IMG/VR virus record: IMGVR_UViG_3300034523_000144
Location: 1 to 32,610 of that record
From: a virus
Lineage: Duplodnaviria; Caudoviricetes
Length of the DNA stretch: 32,610 nucleotides
Direction: 5' to 3' (one strand)
This document shows, one piece after another, positions 17,847 through 26,762 of the stretch. Each line of letters opens with the position of its first letter. Position 1 is the stretch's first letter. The notes below the pieces were generated by a model. That model was not told where the DNA came from and did not search any database. It saw only the letters and a program-made list of their open reading frames with translations. Both the position numbers and the translations under genes were made by a program.

Positions 17847-18677
17847 GTTGTATTTCCTCGGTTGTGTTGCGGCCGGTTTGGCCAGTTCAGTAATCAATGT
17901 TTCAAGGGAGCCAAGGCGGTGGGCCAAGCCGGAGTTAACGGCGGCGACGCCAACGCGCAAACCGCCGAAGTCGCCCATCTCGGGAACGCGCTCCGGATCC
18001 ACGCCCAGGTTGCGAGCCACCTTGGCCACGAACACATCGCCCATGGCGTCGACCGTCTCGCCGACTTTGGCCCGACCTTCTTCGGTGGCCAGATCAACTC
18101 GCTTGTTGGGCGCGTTGCGACTGACGATCTGGTAGCGCTTGCGACCGTTGGCTTCTTCACCGCCGACGACAGCCTCGACGACTACACCGATGCTGCCGGC
18201 GAGTGCGGTTTCGTCGATAACGATCTCGCTGGCCGCTGAAGCAATCCAATAGGCCGCGCTGGCACCAGTGCCGCCGATGTAGGCGACAATGCGTTTACGA
18301 TCACGGGCCGAATGGATCTGGTCGGCCAGCTCGTTGATGCCAGCCGCTACGCCGCCAGGGCTGTCGATGTTCAGGATGATTGCACTGACCTTGGGATCAT
18401 CCAGCGCCATTTGCAGGTCGGTGGCTAACACCTGAGTGCTCGTCGCGCCGCTGATCTCAGTGAAGAGATTGGCGTAACGAAACACTGGGCCAACCACCGG
18501 AATGACGGCCACGCCATTGCGCACACTGACGGTGCGGCTGTTATCCAGCCGCATGCCGGTACGGGTTTCCAGCGCTGCCGGATCGCCCATCCGATCTGCA
18601 ATGGTCAGCAGGTTGTCCAGGGCGCCAGGCAGCATCAGCCAAGGCTGCGATGCAGCCAGCTCAAATGCGCGGGGCAT
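17445..18677 (-). CDS. Prohead protease, S49 family (lambda gpC-like)
   Basis: ILNIDSPGG, ASAAYWIASAA, GSIGV motifs. Confidence 0.93.
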   Translation of the reverse strand: MPRAFELAASQPWLMLPGALDNLLTIADRMGDPAALETRTGMRLDNSRTVSVRNGVAVIPVVGPVFRYANLFTEISGATSTQVLATDLQMALDDPKVSAIILNIDSPGGVAAGINELADQIHSARDRKRIVAYIGGTGASAAYWIASAASEIVIDETALAGSIGVVVEAVVGGEEANGRKRYQIVSRNAPNKRVDLATEEGRAKVGETVDAMGDVFVAKVARNLGVDPERVPEMGDFGGLRVGVAAVNSGLAHRLGSLETLITELAKPAATQPRKYNMTTVSSTAELREALAAGTDPQTIEIAQASQPDLESVRAQGREEGATAERQRITGINAMASKGFETEIAAAIDAGTSVEATALQLFKAAQDRGISLSAIKADATGASTSTPTGDAAQGERKAVVNAIVEGASRR

Positions 18678-18679
18678 GG

Positions 18680-20290
18680 TTATTCCTCGTTGGGGTTAAT
18701 AGGCGGTGGAGTTTCCTGTTCGCGTCCTTTGGGCAGGACATACAGGCCATCCTTGCGGCGTTGCTCGACCTCGCGGACACGCTGTCGGTACACCTGCTGC
18801 CACGGTTCACCGGTCATTGCGGCTGTTTCCAGCGTTTCATTGCTGACGCCGATTTCAATGCGCTTGCCGGCGGCGTTGGCCTCCTTCAGTTCATCAATAG
18901 CGCCACGGGCCGGACCGATCCAGATCGCTTGGCAGTACGCTTTGCGTTTAGCCGGATCGGCGTAGCCCGGTAATTTGATCAGCCCCCTCGCCACCGCTTC
19001 ATCTATCAGCAGCTCTCGACTGGGCTGACAGAAGTCACAGATCAGCCACCAACGACGCAGGCTGTAGAACCGCCACGCCTGCAACATGGCGGCGCGGGCA
19101 GCGCTATAGCTGCTGCTGTAATGCAGCAAAAGCTCTTCCATTGGCTGTTCGAGCGCGGCGCCGATTTCCTTAACTACGGCGGTAAAGAACGGATCGAATT
19201 GCGCGTTGGGTCGCGCTGGGTTGGCGATCACTGGCTCTTCACCTTGGCCCAAATCGACAATGGCGCCCTCGCCCAAGGCCAACTCACCATCGCCGGTGGT
19301 GTCGCCTCCAACGCCGTCACCTTCGTTGGCAAGTGCCGTCAGCGGCAGATTGCCAACCTGAAAGTCATTGGTCTTTTTGATGAACACGGTGAACATCGCC
19401 GAGATCACCGCCGCCATCAGTTCGGCACTGCTGTAGCGCTCCAACTTCTGCAGCGGCTCCAGCACCGGAGCCAAATAGGGCGCGCCACGCTTTTGCCCTG
19501 GCCGCTCCTTGTCCGCCATGACGTGCATCACACGGCGCCGGCCAGTGGCCTCTCCGAAGGCCGGCAACCGTTCCCACTTAAGCGCTTGACCGGTGGTGTA
19601 TTCGTTCTGGTAGCCGCTGCAAACGTGATAGGCCAACGGCGCGCCGAGCCGGTCAAACTCGACTCCGTCCACCAGGTTGACGCCATCCAGTTGCCCAGCC
19701 GGGTTGCACACCCGATCTGACTCGATCAATTGCAGCCGGGTACTGAACACACAGCCAGGACGCTCATCGTCGGGACTGGCCACCAATACATCACCACCTA
19801 CCATCGACGAGATCAACACCAGCGCCTGCAACTGGTAGTGATTGAGCGACGCCTCAGCGTCACATTCCCTCGGGTCATCGGCATACAACGACCACAAACG
19901 ATCAAGCTGAGCGTTAATTGCATCGGCCTGCAGTTCGTCGAGGCCAAGCGCGTCATGGTCGATCTGTGCGCGGCAAACAAGTCCGGTGCCAACGACATTG
20001 GTACGCAAGCGAGTTATGGCTGCACGGGCGATCAGGTGATTGCGCATGGCATCCCGCGAACGAGCCACCAGCATTCGCCGCTCATTCTGATCGAGATCCC
20101 GACGCGGGCTACCAAGACCGGGTATCCAGCTAGCCATGCTACGCAGCACACGGGAGGCACCGCGCCACCGCGTATCAACACCGCCACCGCCGCCTTGAGC
20201 GACGATAGGTCGGGCTTCGTTTGCCGACTTGGCGAGCTTGATCGCCTCACGCATCAGCAACTCGGCCGGGTCTTTTCGAAAAAATCCCAT
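18680..20290 (-). CDS. Portal protein (lambda family)
   Basis: LVARSRDAMRN, NVVGTGL, RPGQKRGAP, SSYSAARA motifs. Confidence 0.95.
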   Translation of the reverse strand: MGFFRKDPAELLMREAIKLAKSANEARPIVAQGGGGGVDTRWRGASRVLRSMASWIPGLGSPRRDLDQNERRMLVARSRDAMRNHLIARAAITRLRTNVVGTGLVCRAQIDHDALGLDELQADAINAQLDRLWSLYADDPRECDAEASLNHYQLQALVLISSMVGGDVLVASPDDERPGCVFSTRLQLIESDRVCNPAGQLDGVNLVDGVEFDRLGAPLAYHVCSGYQNEYTTGQALKWERLPAFGEATGRRRVMHVMADKERPGQKRGAPYLAPVLEPLQKLERYSSAELMAAVISAMFTVFIKKTNDFQVGNLPLTALANEGDGVGGDTTGDGELALGEGAIVDLGQGEEPVIANPARPNAQFDPFFTAVVKEIGAALEQPMEELLLHYSSSYSAARAAMLQAWRFYSLRRWWLICDFCQPSRELLIDEAVARGLIKLPGYADPAKRKAYCQAIWIGPARGAIDELKEANAAGKRIEIGVSNETLETAAMTGEPWQQVYRQRVREVEQRRKDGLYVLPKGREQETPPPINPNEE

Positions 20291-20292
20291 AG

Positions 20293-20508
20293 TCAGATCT
20301 TCATGTAGGAGATGCGGTTACGGCCGCGTCCCTGTTGTTGGGCCTGTTCCAGCGCGACCGCCTTCGCGTATTGCTGCTCTAGCAGGCGAAGGCTGTTCAG
20401 CTCGGCGCGATACAGTTCGCGATCCGCACGACGCAAGCGCTGGCCTTTCTTCAGGACGTCAGAGATCGCCGCCCGGACTTCCGCGAGGCGCTGTTGTGCG
20501 TCTGTCAT
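20293..20508 (-). CDS. Head completion protein (lambda gpW-like)
   Basis: 71 aa between terminase and portal; AAISDVLKKGQ...YRAELNSL. Confidence 0.8.
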   Translation of the reverse strand: MTDAQQRLAEVRAAISDVLKKGQRLRRADRELYRAELNSLRLLEQQYAKAVALEQAQQQGRGRNRISYMKI

Positions 20509-20518
20509 GTTTGTTTTC

Positions 20519-22531
20519 CTAGTAGCCCGCGCGACTGCGGGTGCCCCGCCCACGAGCAACGGCTCGGCGCGGTACCGGTGCGACCGGTTGTTCGGTGGTG
20601 AACAGAGTTGGCTGTAGCAGTTGCTGCTCCAACTGGTCCCATTCGTGATCGCGCAGCAGATGGGTTTTCAGGCTGCGCGCCGCATGCAAGGCGTACACCT
20701 CGCAATCGAGCGCTTCGTTGCGCCGTCCGGCTTTTTTCTGCCAAACCATCTTGCTGGGATTGCGCGGGTGCGGCGCCAGCACTTCGTTGGTGAGCTGCTC
20801 GTAGTAGTCCGAGCGGATCTCGCTATACCAGTGCATTCGGCCAGGCCCTGCGCCTTTCAGCCGAAGTCGGCCGTCGATCAGGGTCTTGGCTTTGTGCGTG
20901 CCAACGATGTGGACCCTCAGCCCGTATTTGGCAGCCTTGGTATTGTCTTGTGAGGTGTCCACCGACTGCGGCGGCTTGGTAAAAATCTCCTTGTCACGGC
21001 TGTCAACGGAAGCACCTTTGATCGCCATAACGTTGTAGCGTTGACGATCACGCACATACGCATAAACCGCATCGCTGGTATTACCGTCAGAGCTGTCGAT
21101 GCTGACCGCCGACACCGCCAGTTGGGCGCCGCTTGCGATGGGAATCGGTCTGGAGATGACCCTGTCCAGCTCTTGCCAGACAGCATCATGCGGATCGATG
21201 GGGTTGCCGTGCAGTTCGCCCCAATACAGACGCCATGACTCTTCACCCCGTCCCCATCCAGTGATCACTAGCGCCAAGCGGTCGCCTTGCACGTCAACTC
21301 CGACGGTGACCAAGAGCACACCTTGGGGCGCGGTGAGTTCCGCGTATGGTTCGGCGCGCTTCTCCAATTCGTCAGTCTTCGGAGCATCGCTCTGGTATTC
21401 GTAGCTTTCGCCTTTGGAGCTGTTGACGAAAGCGATCATAGGGCCGATGTTGCCCTGCGCCGCCGCATGCTCAGCCTGGAGTTTCTTTTCCATCAGCACC
21501 TCAAAGCGAGATCCCCAAAACGTTGCATAGAGCTCGTTGAGGATGTAGCCCGCGATACCGCGAAACTCTGCTGTAGCTGACCAACGCCCATGCTTGAGGT
21601 TGGCGTTTTTCTGGTTATCGTCCCAGATCCCGCCGCAGTGCGGGCAAGAGTAGAAAGTCTTTTCCGGACGCTTCTTGCCGTACACCTCATGCTGGTACTC
21701 AGGATCCTCATCGCAGTGCAGGTTGTCGAAGCTCAGCGCGTGCTCTTGCCCGCACTCGTGACAGGGCACCAAGCCAACACGCTTGTCTGACAGCTCCAAC
21801 TCCGCATCGATGGCAGATAGACCTTTGATGGTCGGTGTGCCGCCGATGATGATTTTCGAACGACGAAAGGTTTTGAGTCGTTCCTTCGCCAGCTTGATGC
21901 TATCGCCCTGCCCGCGCAGGTTGAGGTTGCAGTCGTCCGGTTCCTCAATGGCCACCCGTGGCACTGGTGTGGACTTCACGCTGGCCGGGCTGTTGGAGCC
22001 AACCATTTTCAGGAAACCACCAGGAAAGCGCTTGAAGTCCTGCCTTTGTTGAAGCTTGCGGCTGCGCAGGTCGACTTTCTTGCGCAGCCGTGGCGTGGCT
22101 TCGATCATCGGTTCGAGCTTTTCGCCGACGTACTGTTTGGCCGCCTCGGCTTTGGGAAACAACACCAGGATCGGTGACGGGTCAATGTCGATCCATTTGC
22201 CCAAGGCATTTCCCAGCACGCCAGAAGTCCAAGCGACCTGCGCCGATTTGCGCCCGACGATCTCGCTAACTGCGGGATCGTCCAGTGCCTCCAATGGCCC
22301 ACCGGGCCAGATCAGATGAGGCGTCACGTCAAAGCGATATTTACCGGGGCGTGCCGCTTCTTCCGGTGCGAGCCAGCGGTACTTGTCCGCCCACTCGATA
22401 ATGCTCATGCGAGGCGGCGGTGCCCACTTGCGGCAGGCGCCGCGCAGCGCTTTAGTCGCAGTTTTCCTCAAGGCCCTCCGAATCGTCCGGTTCGTCAGAA
22501 TATCCATCTGACGGGGCATCATCCTTGTCAT
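20519..22531 (-). CDS. Terminase large subunit (lambda gpA family); true start probably a little downstream of 22531
   Basis: KSAQVAWT Walker A variant, GGTPTIKG, CHECG/CPHCG Zn motifs, GVDVQGDR nuclease motif, RNEALDC. Confidence 0.95.
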   Translation of the reverse strand: MTRMMPRQMDILTNRTIRRALRKTATKALRGACRKWAPPPRMSIIEWADKYRWLAPEEAARPGKYRFDVTPHLIWPGGPLEALDDPAVSEIVGRKSAQVAWTSGVLGNALGKWIDIDPSPILVLFPKAEAAKQYVGEKLEPMIEATPRLRKKVDLRSRKLQQRQDFKRFPGGFLKMVGSNSPASVKSTPVPRVAIEEPDDCNLNLRGQGDSIKLAKERLKTFRRSKIIIGGTPTIKGLSAIDAELELSDKRVGLVPCHECGQEHALSFDNLHCDEDPEYQHEVYGKKRPEKTFYSCPHCGGIWDDNQKNANLKHGRWSATAEFRGIAGYILNELYATFWGSRFEVLMEKKLQAEHAAAQGNIGPMIAFVNSSKGESYEYQSDAPKTDELEKRAEPYAELTAPQGVLLVTVGVDVQGDRLALVITGWGRGEESWRLYWGELHGNPIDPHDAVWQELDRVISRPIPIASGAQLAVSAVSIDSSDGNTSDAVYAYVRDRQRYNVMAIKGASVDSRDKEIFTKPPQSVDTSQDNTKAAKYGLRVHIVGTHKAKTLIDGRLRLKGAGPGRMHWYSEIRSDYYEQLTNEVLAPHPRNPSKMVWQKKAGRRNEALDCEVYALHAARSLKTHLLRDHEWDQLEQQLLQPTLFTTEQPVAPVPRRAVARGRGTRSRAGY

Positions 22532-22976
22532 AGTCAGAAAGCCTCCTCAGGATGGCTTCAATGGGGTCGCGAATGAGCTGCTCGTCTACCTCCACGTCGT
22601 AGCGCGCCGATAATTCGGCGGCTAACGCATCCGGAAAGGAGTTGAGTAGCTCCACTTTGGCAGCAGTGATCATGGCTTCGAAACGCTCGACCAGATCAGC
22701 CGCAATCACAACTTCGCCCAGATCCTTGGCCATGGCGAGTTCTTCGCGATCGGCACGGATCCGGTCGAGCCGGTCGCGAGAAGATTCTTTTTTGCCGTTG
22801 AGCGAGGCCTGGTGCATTAACCACTGGATCACGGCTTCGGTGTCGTATTGGTTTTCGTTGCCCCGACCGAGGCCGAACTCGGTCACAGGCATGCCGTCGT
22901 TCTGCCATCGAGTCAGGGTGCGTTCATCACGGCCGACGATCTCGCTCAAGTCAGCCTTGCTAACTGCCCTGCCCAT
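22452..22976 (-). CDS. Terminase small subunit (Nu1 / DUF1441-like)
   Basis: N-terminal wHTH VSKADLSEIVGRDERTLTRWQNDGMP; precedes the large subunit. Confidence 0.9.
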   Translation of the reverse strand: MGRAVSKADLSEIVGRDERTLTRWQNDGMPVTEFGLGRGNENQYDTEAVIQWLMHQASLNGKKESSRDRLDRIRADREELAMAKDLGEVVIAADLVERFEAMITAAKVELLNSFPDALAAELSARYDVEVDEQLIRDPIEAILRRLSDYDKDDAPSDGYSDEPDDSEGLEENCD

Positions 22977-23035
22977 ATCTAACCCTTTGAAAAGACGGAC
23001 ATCCCTGCCAAATTCTCAGCTGCAGAGATCCCGCG

Positions 23036-23077
23036 AGTTCCGTAACCCGTGTAGGGGGCGGCCCTCAGGGAGGACCC
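23036..23077 (-). other. Lambda-like cos site: cosQ GGGTCCT (23071-23077) and cosN with predicted 12-nt cohesive end GGTTACGGAACT (23036-23047)
   Basis: Minus strand GGGTCCT-N20-ACG^GGTTACGGAACT-CGCGGG parallels lambda GGGTCCT-N20-ACG^GGGCGGCGACCT-CGCGGG (recalled from memory); just upstream of terS. Confidence 0.8.
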
Positions 23078-23108
23078 GGAAAAATGGCGCCCCCACCCGG
23101 CCGCCGAC

Positions 23109-23447
23109 CTAGCTTCGGTCGGTCGATACCGACTCCGAAACGCCCAACCGCTTGGCTGCCCAGCGTTCATACAACCCGATGGCTACATCAGCACCGGCCA
23201 TTGCCGTCAGGCAACCCAAAGCGCCCGCCGTCCAGATTGTCATACCGGCTGCGATCATCAGCATCATCGCCGACACTCCGCAGACAATGCAGGCACCGGA
23301 CCGAAGCGCGAGGCGACGCAATAACGCCCAGCCCCGCGCCCCATCCTTGTCCGCCCGCCACATCTCTCCCGATACGCCGCCGACCAGAGCCAGGACGATC
23401 ACTAACCAAATCGGCATCTCTGCCAGCGCTTGTTGCTCGTTTGTCAT
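23109..23447 (-). CDS. Holin (Pseudomonas phage/pyocin type)
   Basis: Three hydrophobic segments; GGVSGEMWRADK motif; first gene of the late operon. Confidence 0.9.
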   Translation of the reverse strand: MTNEQQALAEMPIWLVIVLALVGGVSGEMWRADKDGARGWALLRRLALRSGACIVCGVSAMMLMIAAGMTIWTAGALGCLTAMAGADVAIGLYERWAAKRLGVSESVSTDRS

Positions 23448-23464
23448 CGCCAACCCCTAAACGC

Positions 23465-23490
23465 AAAAACCCGGCGCAATGGCCGGGTTT
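23465..23490 (-). terminator. Terminator-like hairpin in the holin leader
   Basis: AAACCCGGC-CATTGC-GCCGGGTTTTT on the minus strand. Confidence 0.65.
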
Positions 23491-23586
23491 GGTGGTGTAG
23501 TGCCTGCCGCTCTCTGCGGTCGCACCTATCGAAGATGACTACTTTTTACAGGTCGATTCCGGTGGCAGCAACCCCGGTTTAATGCC

Positions 23587-23640
23587 ACCCAGTGAATAAG
23601 TGGGTAATGAGGGGTGAACGTCTAGCGAATGTGGGCGAAT
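23587..23640 (-). promoter_or_regulatory. Five helically phased ATTC-like repeats (P-box-like) upstream of the late operon
   Basis: Minus strand ATTCGCCCAC/ATTCGCTAGAC/GTTCACCCCTC/ATTACCCACTT/ATTCACTGGG, spacing 10,11,11,11. Confidence 0.5.
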
Positions 23641-23672
23641 AACTCACCACGGCATTCTGTTGTTTTGGCGGC

Positions 23673-23947
23673 GTCCCATCAGTCCCACCATTTAGAATCG
23701 AGGTGGGACGCCTGAGAGCGCCTAAATTCGGGGTCTCACCCCACCGTCCTACTTTCTTCTCTACTTTCTCGTGTAAAGGGAGAACTTAAAGAACACGCTT
23801 GCGCGTGAAACGCGCGTAATGCTGCCTGCTACGCATATGCGGACGGGTGACGGTGCAAGGTGGGACGGTGGGACAGCCCTGAAAAGACAAGGCCCGCACC
23901 TGTCCCACTACGTCAAAACATAGTGGGACAAGGCGGGCCGGTAGGAC
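23673..23947. repeat. GTGGGAC/GTAGGAC repeat array in both orientations (candidate replication origin)
   Basis: Copies at 23673 (6/7), 23682, 23703, 23746, 23860, 23868, 23902, 23923, 23941; palindrome 23891-23939. Confidence 0.75.
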
Positions 23948-23973
23948 AACAACTGCCGGAGCCATGCCTGGGG

Positions 23974-24333
23974 TCAAGCAGCCACCCCCATAAACATGCC
24001 CCAGATAACCAGATGCGCGTCATGCAGACGCTGGTAGTAGGTGTCGCGACCACAACCGCAATGGGCGTAACGCAAGCGCATATCCACATCGAGCGTGCAG
24101 TAATGCTCCCGCACAACTGTCACCAGCTCAGGCGCGAGATGCTTATTCACGATCAGCTCGATGTCGAGAGAACTCTCCAGCGGTGCACGAAAGGCACGCC
24201 GCCCACGGATCAATTGCCCATTACTTTCCATCATCATGGCAACCATGTTCCCCCCAGCGAGCCCCCCTTTCGAATGTTCGGAATGCAGCTCCTGAGCCCA
24301 CAGCTTTAGCAACGAATCAATCTCCTTAATCAT
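23974..24333 (-). CDS. PA0613-like protein, putative late regulator (Q-like position)
   Basis: MIKEIDSLLKLWAQE, ELIVNKHL, VVREHY, C-terminal HTH-like CGRDTYYQRLHDAH. Confidence 0.7.
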   Translation of the reverse strand: MIKEIDSLLKLWAQELHSEHSKGGLAGGNMVAMMMESNGQLIRGRRAFRAPLESSLDIELIVNKHLAPELVTVVREHYCTLDVDMRLRYAHCGCGRDTYYQRLHDAHLVIWGMFMGVAA

Positions 24334-26545
24334 CGAAGCAAGGCTCCTCGAAGGCAGGTTGTTCCAAAGCTGGCGCCCTGCCCCAATCCGCAGGCTTCTT
24401 GTAGCCCCACAGTCTTTGCCGGCTCTTTGTCATAGCCCCGAGCCGATAACGTCGCCAGCCCAACCGATGCAGAATCGCCCCGACCCGCATCTGCTCGGGC
24501 TTGCCCCAATGCCCTGGGTCAAGCTTGAGCGCCTGCGTCAATACCTCACTGCCTGTCGTGGTTTCACCGATCTGCGACTCTTCCAACCAGGTCAAGATTG
24601 GCGTTTCCCATTCGTCCACTACGAAGCGCTCGTCCTGCTCTTCGGCGAATAGTGCCGCCTCATCCAGCGTTACCCACCATAGGTCGCCCGCGTCGTAGCA
24701 GAACACCGCCTCGGCCCACAATTGGTCTCGGATCGAGCGCAACAACTCCAGATCGACCTTGGTACACGCCACCGGCCAGTAACGCCGGTTACCGGTCGCG
24801 TCCTTGAGGTATTCGTCCTGATTCGTCGTCCCCACGAACACGCACTGACGTGGCACGTCCATGGTGCGACGACCGTAGCTCTCGCGGTAGGTATCAGTGG
24901 ACGCTGAGAAAAACTGCTTGGCCTTCGTGCTCTCTGCCTTGTTGAAGCTGTCGAGCTCTCCCAGCTCGACGATCCACTTGCCCCGGATCGCCTGAAAGCC
25001 GTCCTTGTCGCCCAGGGCGAATGGTGTATCCATGAACCACTCACCGCCGAGAATGCTCATCGCCGTCGACTTACCGGCGCCCTGCGCGCCCTCAAGAATC
25101 ATCACCGAGTCAGCCTTGCAGCCTGGTTTCATCACCCGCGCCACGGCCGACAACATCCAGCGCTTACCGACCTTGCTCGCGTAATCAGTAGCCTTCACGC
25201 CCATAACGTCCGTGAGCCAGCTCTCCAGGCGCGGCACGCGATCCCATTCGAGTTTGCGCAGGTACTGCCGCACCGGATGAAACGCATGGTCATGCGCAAC
25301 CACGCTCACGGCCTCGATCACATGCGACGCCTTGACCCGCAAGTTGTACTGCTGCGCGAGCCACTTCATCACCCTCACATCATCGATGTCCGCCCAATCG
25401 CCCGTGCCGCCGCCATACGGCGCCGCACGCAACTTCACGATCTTCGAACTGAACGCGCTGTAACTGATCACCCCGGCCCAGCGTTCATCGTTGGCCAGTA
25501 TCAACTCGACGTTTTGCATGTGCGCAATCAGCGCACCGCTTTCACTCCGAGCCAGCATGTCCTTCCAGCCACCAGCGGCCGGCGGCTTGACCACGGCAAG
25601 CACCTGACGGTGCACGGCCTCCAAACCTTCGGCGACATGCAGGTCGTTGAAGTCGGTCCACTTGATCTCCCGATCACCGGAGAAGATTGGCGCGACTACC
25701 TGGCCACCGACGATCAGCGCAGCGTTGCTAGCCTTCTCTTCACCAGGGTTCCAGGCGTCGCCGTTCGGTTTCGTGGTCTTCCAGTCATCGTCCCGGCAAA
25801 TGATCAGCGGGCAGCCGGCGAAGCGCTCACGCATCGCCTTGCACACCACCAGCAGGTTGCCGGCGTCAAACGCGATAGCCACGGTCAGCGATGTAGCCAT
25901 ATGCAGGCTTGCGCCCGTGGCATAGCCCTCACACACCAGCACTGGCTCACCCGGATCCGGATGCGGACCGATCAGGTGAAAGGAGCCTTCCTTCGACATC
26001 CCATAGGGCCAATACGTCTTGTCCCTACCGGTGTCATCTTGTTTGGTTGGATACACCACCTGCAAGCCGACAATCTCGTCACGCACGTTGCACATCGGCA
26101 CCAGAAAGGCACCGGTGCGCGGTGCATACCGCACACCGATACCGACGATCTGCTTGCGATCCAGATAGTCACTACGGCCCTTCTCCGGCATGCGCATGAA
26201 CATCCCCGCCGCCCGCTTGGCCGCACGACGTGCCGCACTGGCCGAGATCTCCGCAGCCCGGCGCTTCGCCTCTTCCTGTCGAGCGCGCATTACCTCACGC
26301 TCTTCCGGCGACATCCGCCCGGCCTTGACCTTGATCTTCTGCGACTCACCCGAACGCCAGTCACCGAACGCGCCGAAAATCAGCGTCTCACCCTTCTCGG
26401 TGTGATGCTCATGGGCGATGTACCAGCCGTTCTTTTCCTTGCCCTTATCCTGCGCCGTCTTGCATCGGGTCAGCTTCCCAAACACGAGCGGCTGCGCCGG
26501 TTCAAGACCGTAATCAGCGAATTGCCCTAACACCTCATCAAGCAT
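24326..26545 (-). CDS. Primase-helicase replication protein (TOPRIM + VapE)
   Basis: TOPRIM VCEGYATG, AFDAGNL, DDD, TDFNDL; Walker A GAQGAGKST; DATGNRRYWPV. Confidence 0.92.
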   Translation of the reverse strand: MLDEVLGQFADYGLEPAQPLVFGKLTRCKTAQDKGKEKNGWYIAHEHHTEKGETLIFGAFGDWRSGESQKIKVKAGRMSPEEREVMRARQEEAKRRAAEISASAARRAAKRAAGMFMRMPEKGRSDYLDRKQIVGIGVRYAPRTGAFLVPMCNVRDEIVGLQVVYPTKQDDTGRDKTYWPYGMSKEGSFHLIGPHPDPGEPVLVCEGYATGASLHMATSLTVAIAFDAGNLLVVCKAMRERFAGCPLIICRDDDWKTTKPNGDAWNPGEEKASNAALIVGGQVVAPIFSGDREIKWTDFNDLHVAEGLEAVHRQVLAVVKPPAAGGWKDMLARSESGALIAHMQNVELILANDERWAGVISYSAFSSKIVKLRAAPYGGGTGDWADIDDVRVMKWLAQQYNLRVKASHVIEAVSVVAHDHAFHPVRQYLRKLEWDRVPRLESWLTDVMGVKATDYASKVGKRWMLSAVARVMKPGCKADSVMILEGAQGAGKSTAMSILGGEWFMDTPFALGDKDGFQAIRGKWIVELGELDSFNKAESTKAKQFFSASTDTYRESYGRRTMDVPRQCVFVGTTNQDEYLKDATGNRRYWPVACTKVDLELLRSIRDQLWAEAVFCYDAGDLWWVTLDEAALFAEEQDERFVVDEWETPILTWLEESQIGETTTGSEVLTQALKLDPGHWGKPEQMRVGAILHRLGWRRYRLGAMTKSRQRLWGYKKPADWGRAPALEQPAFEEPCFDD

Positions 26546-26762
26546 GGCGAGTCCCCTTCAGCTCCGCGAGAGAAAGACACCCCACGCATTGCGTGCAGCC
26601 GGGCTGCGCCAAGCGACGGGCCTCCGGGATCGGGTCATCGCACGTTTCGCAGAACATAAACGAATGCGCCACCAAGGCAGGTTTGGTGGCGTTGCGTGCA
26701 GCGAGCGCTTGATCGATGCGCTCTTGCACCAGGTCATTAGCGAAGTCAGCAATGTCAGCCAC
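26538..26762 (-). CDS. TraR/DksA C4-type zinc finger protein (PtrB-like)
   Basis: GTG start; ADIADFAND acidic tip, CETCDDPIPEARRLAQPGCTQCVGC. Confidence 0.9.
   Translation of the reverse strand: MADIADFANDLVQERIDQALAARNATKPALVAHSFMFCETCDDPIPEARRLAQPGCTQCVGCLSLAELKGTRHA

Noticed and set aside
23673-23947. Possible CRISPR or mini-array
   Set aside because: Repeats are only 7 bp, mixed in orientation and irregularly spaced; no cas genes
25277-26530. 417-aa + strand ORF opposite the primase domain
   Set aside because: Antisense shadow ORF
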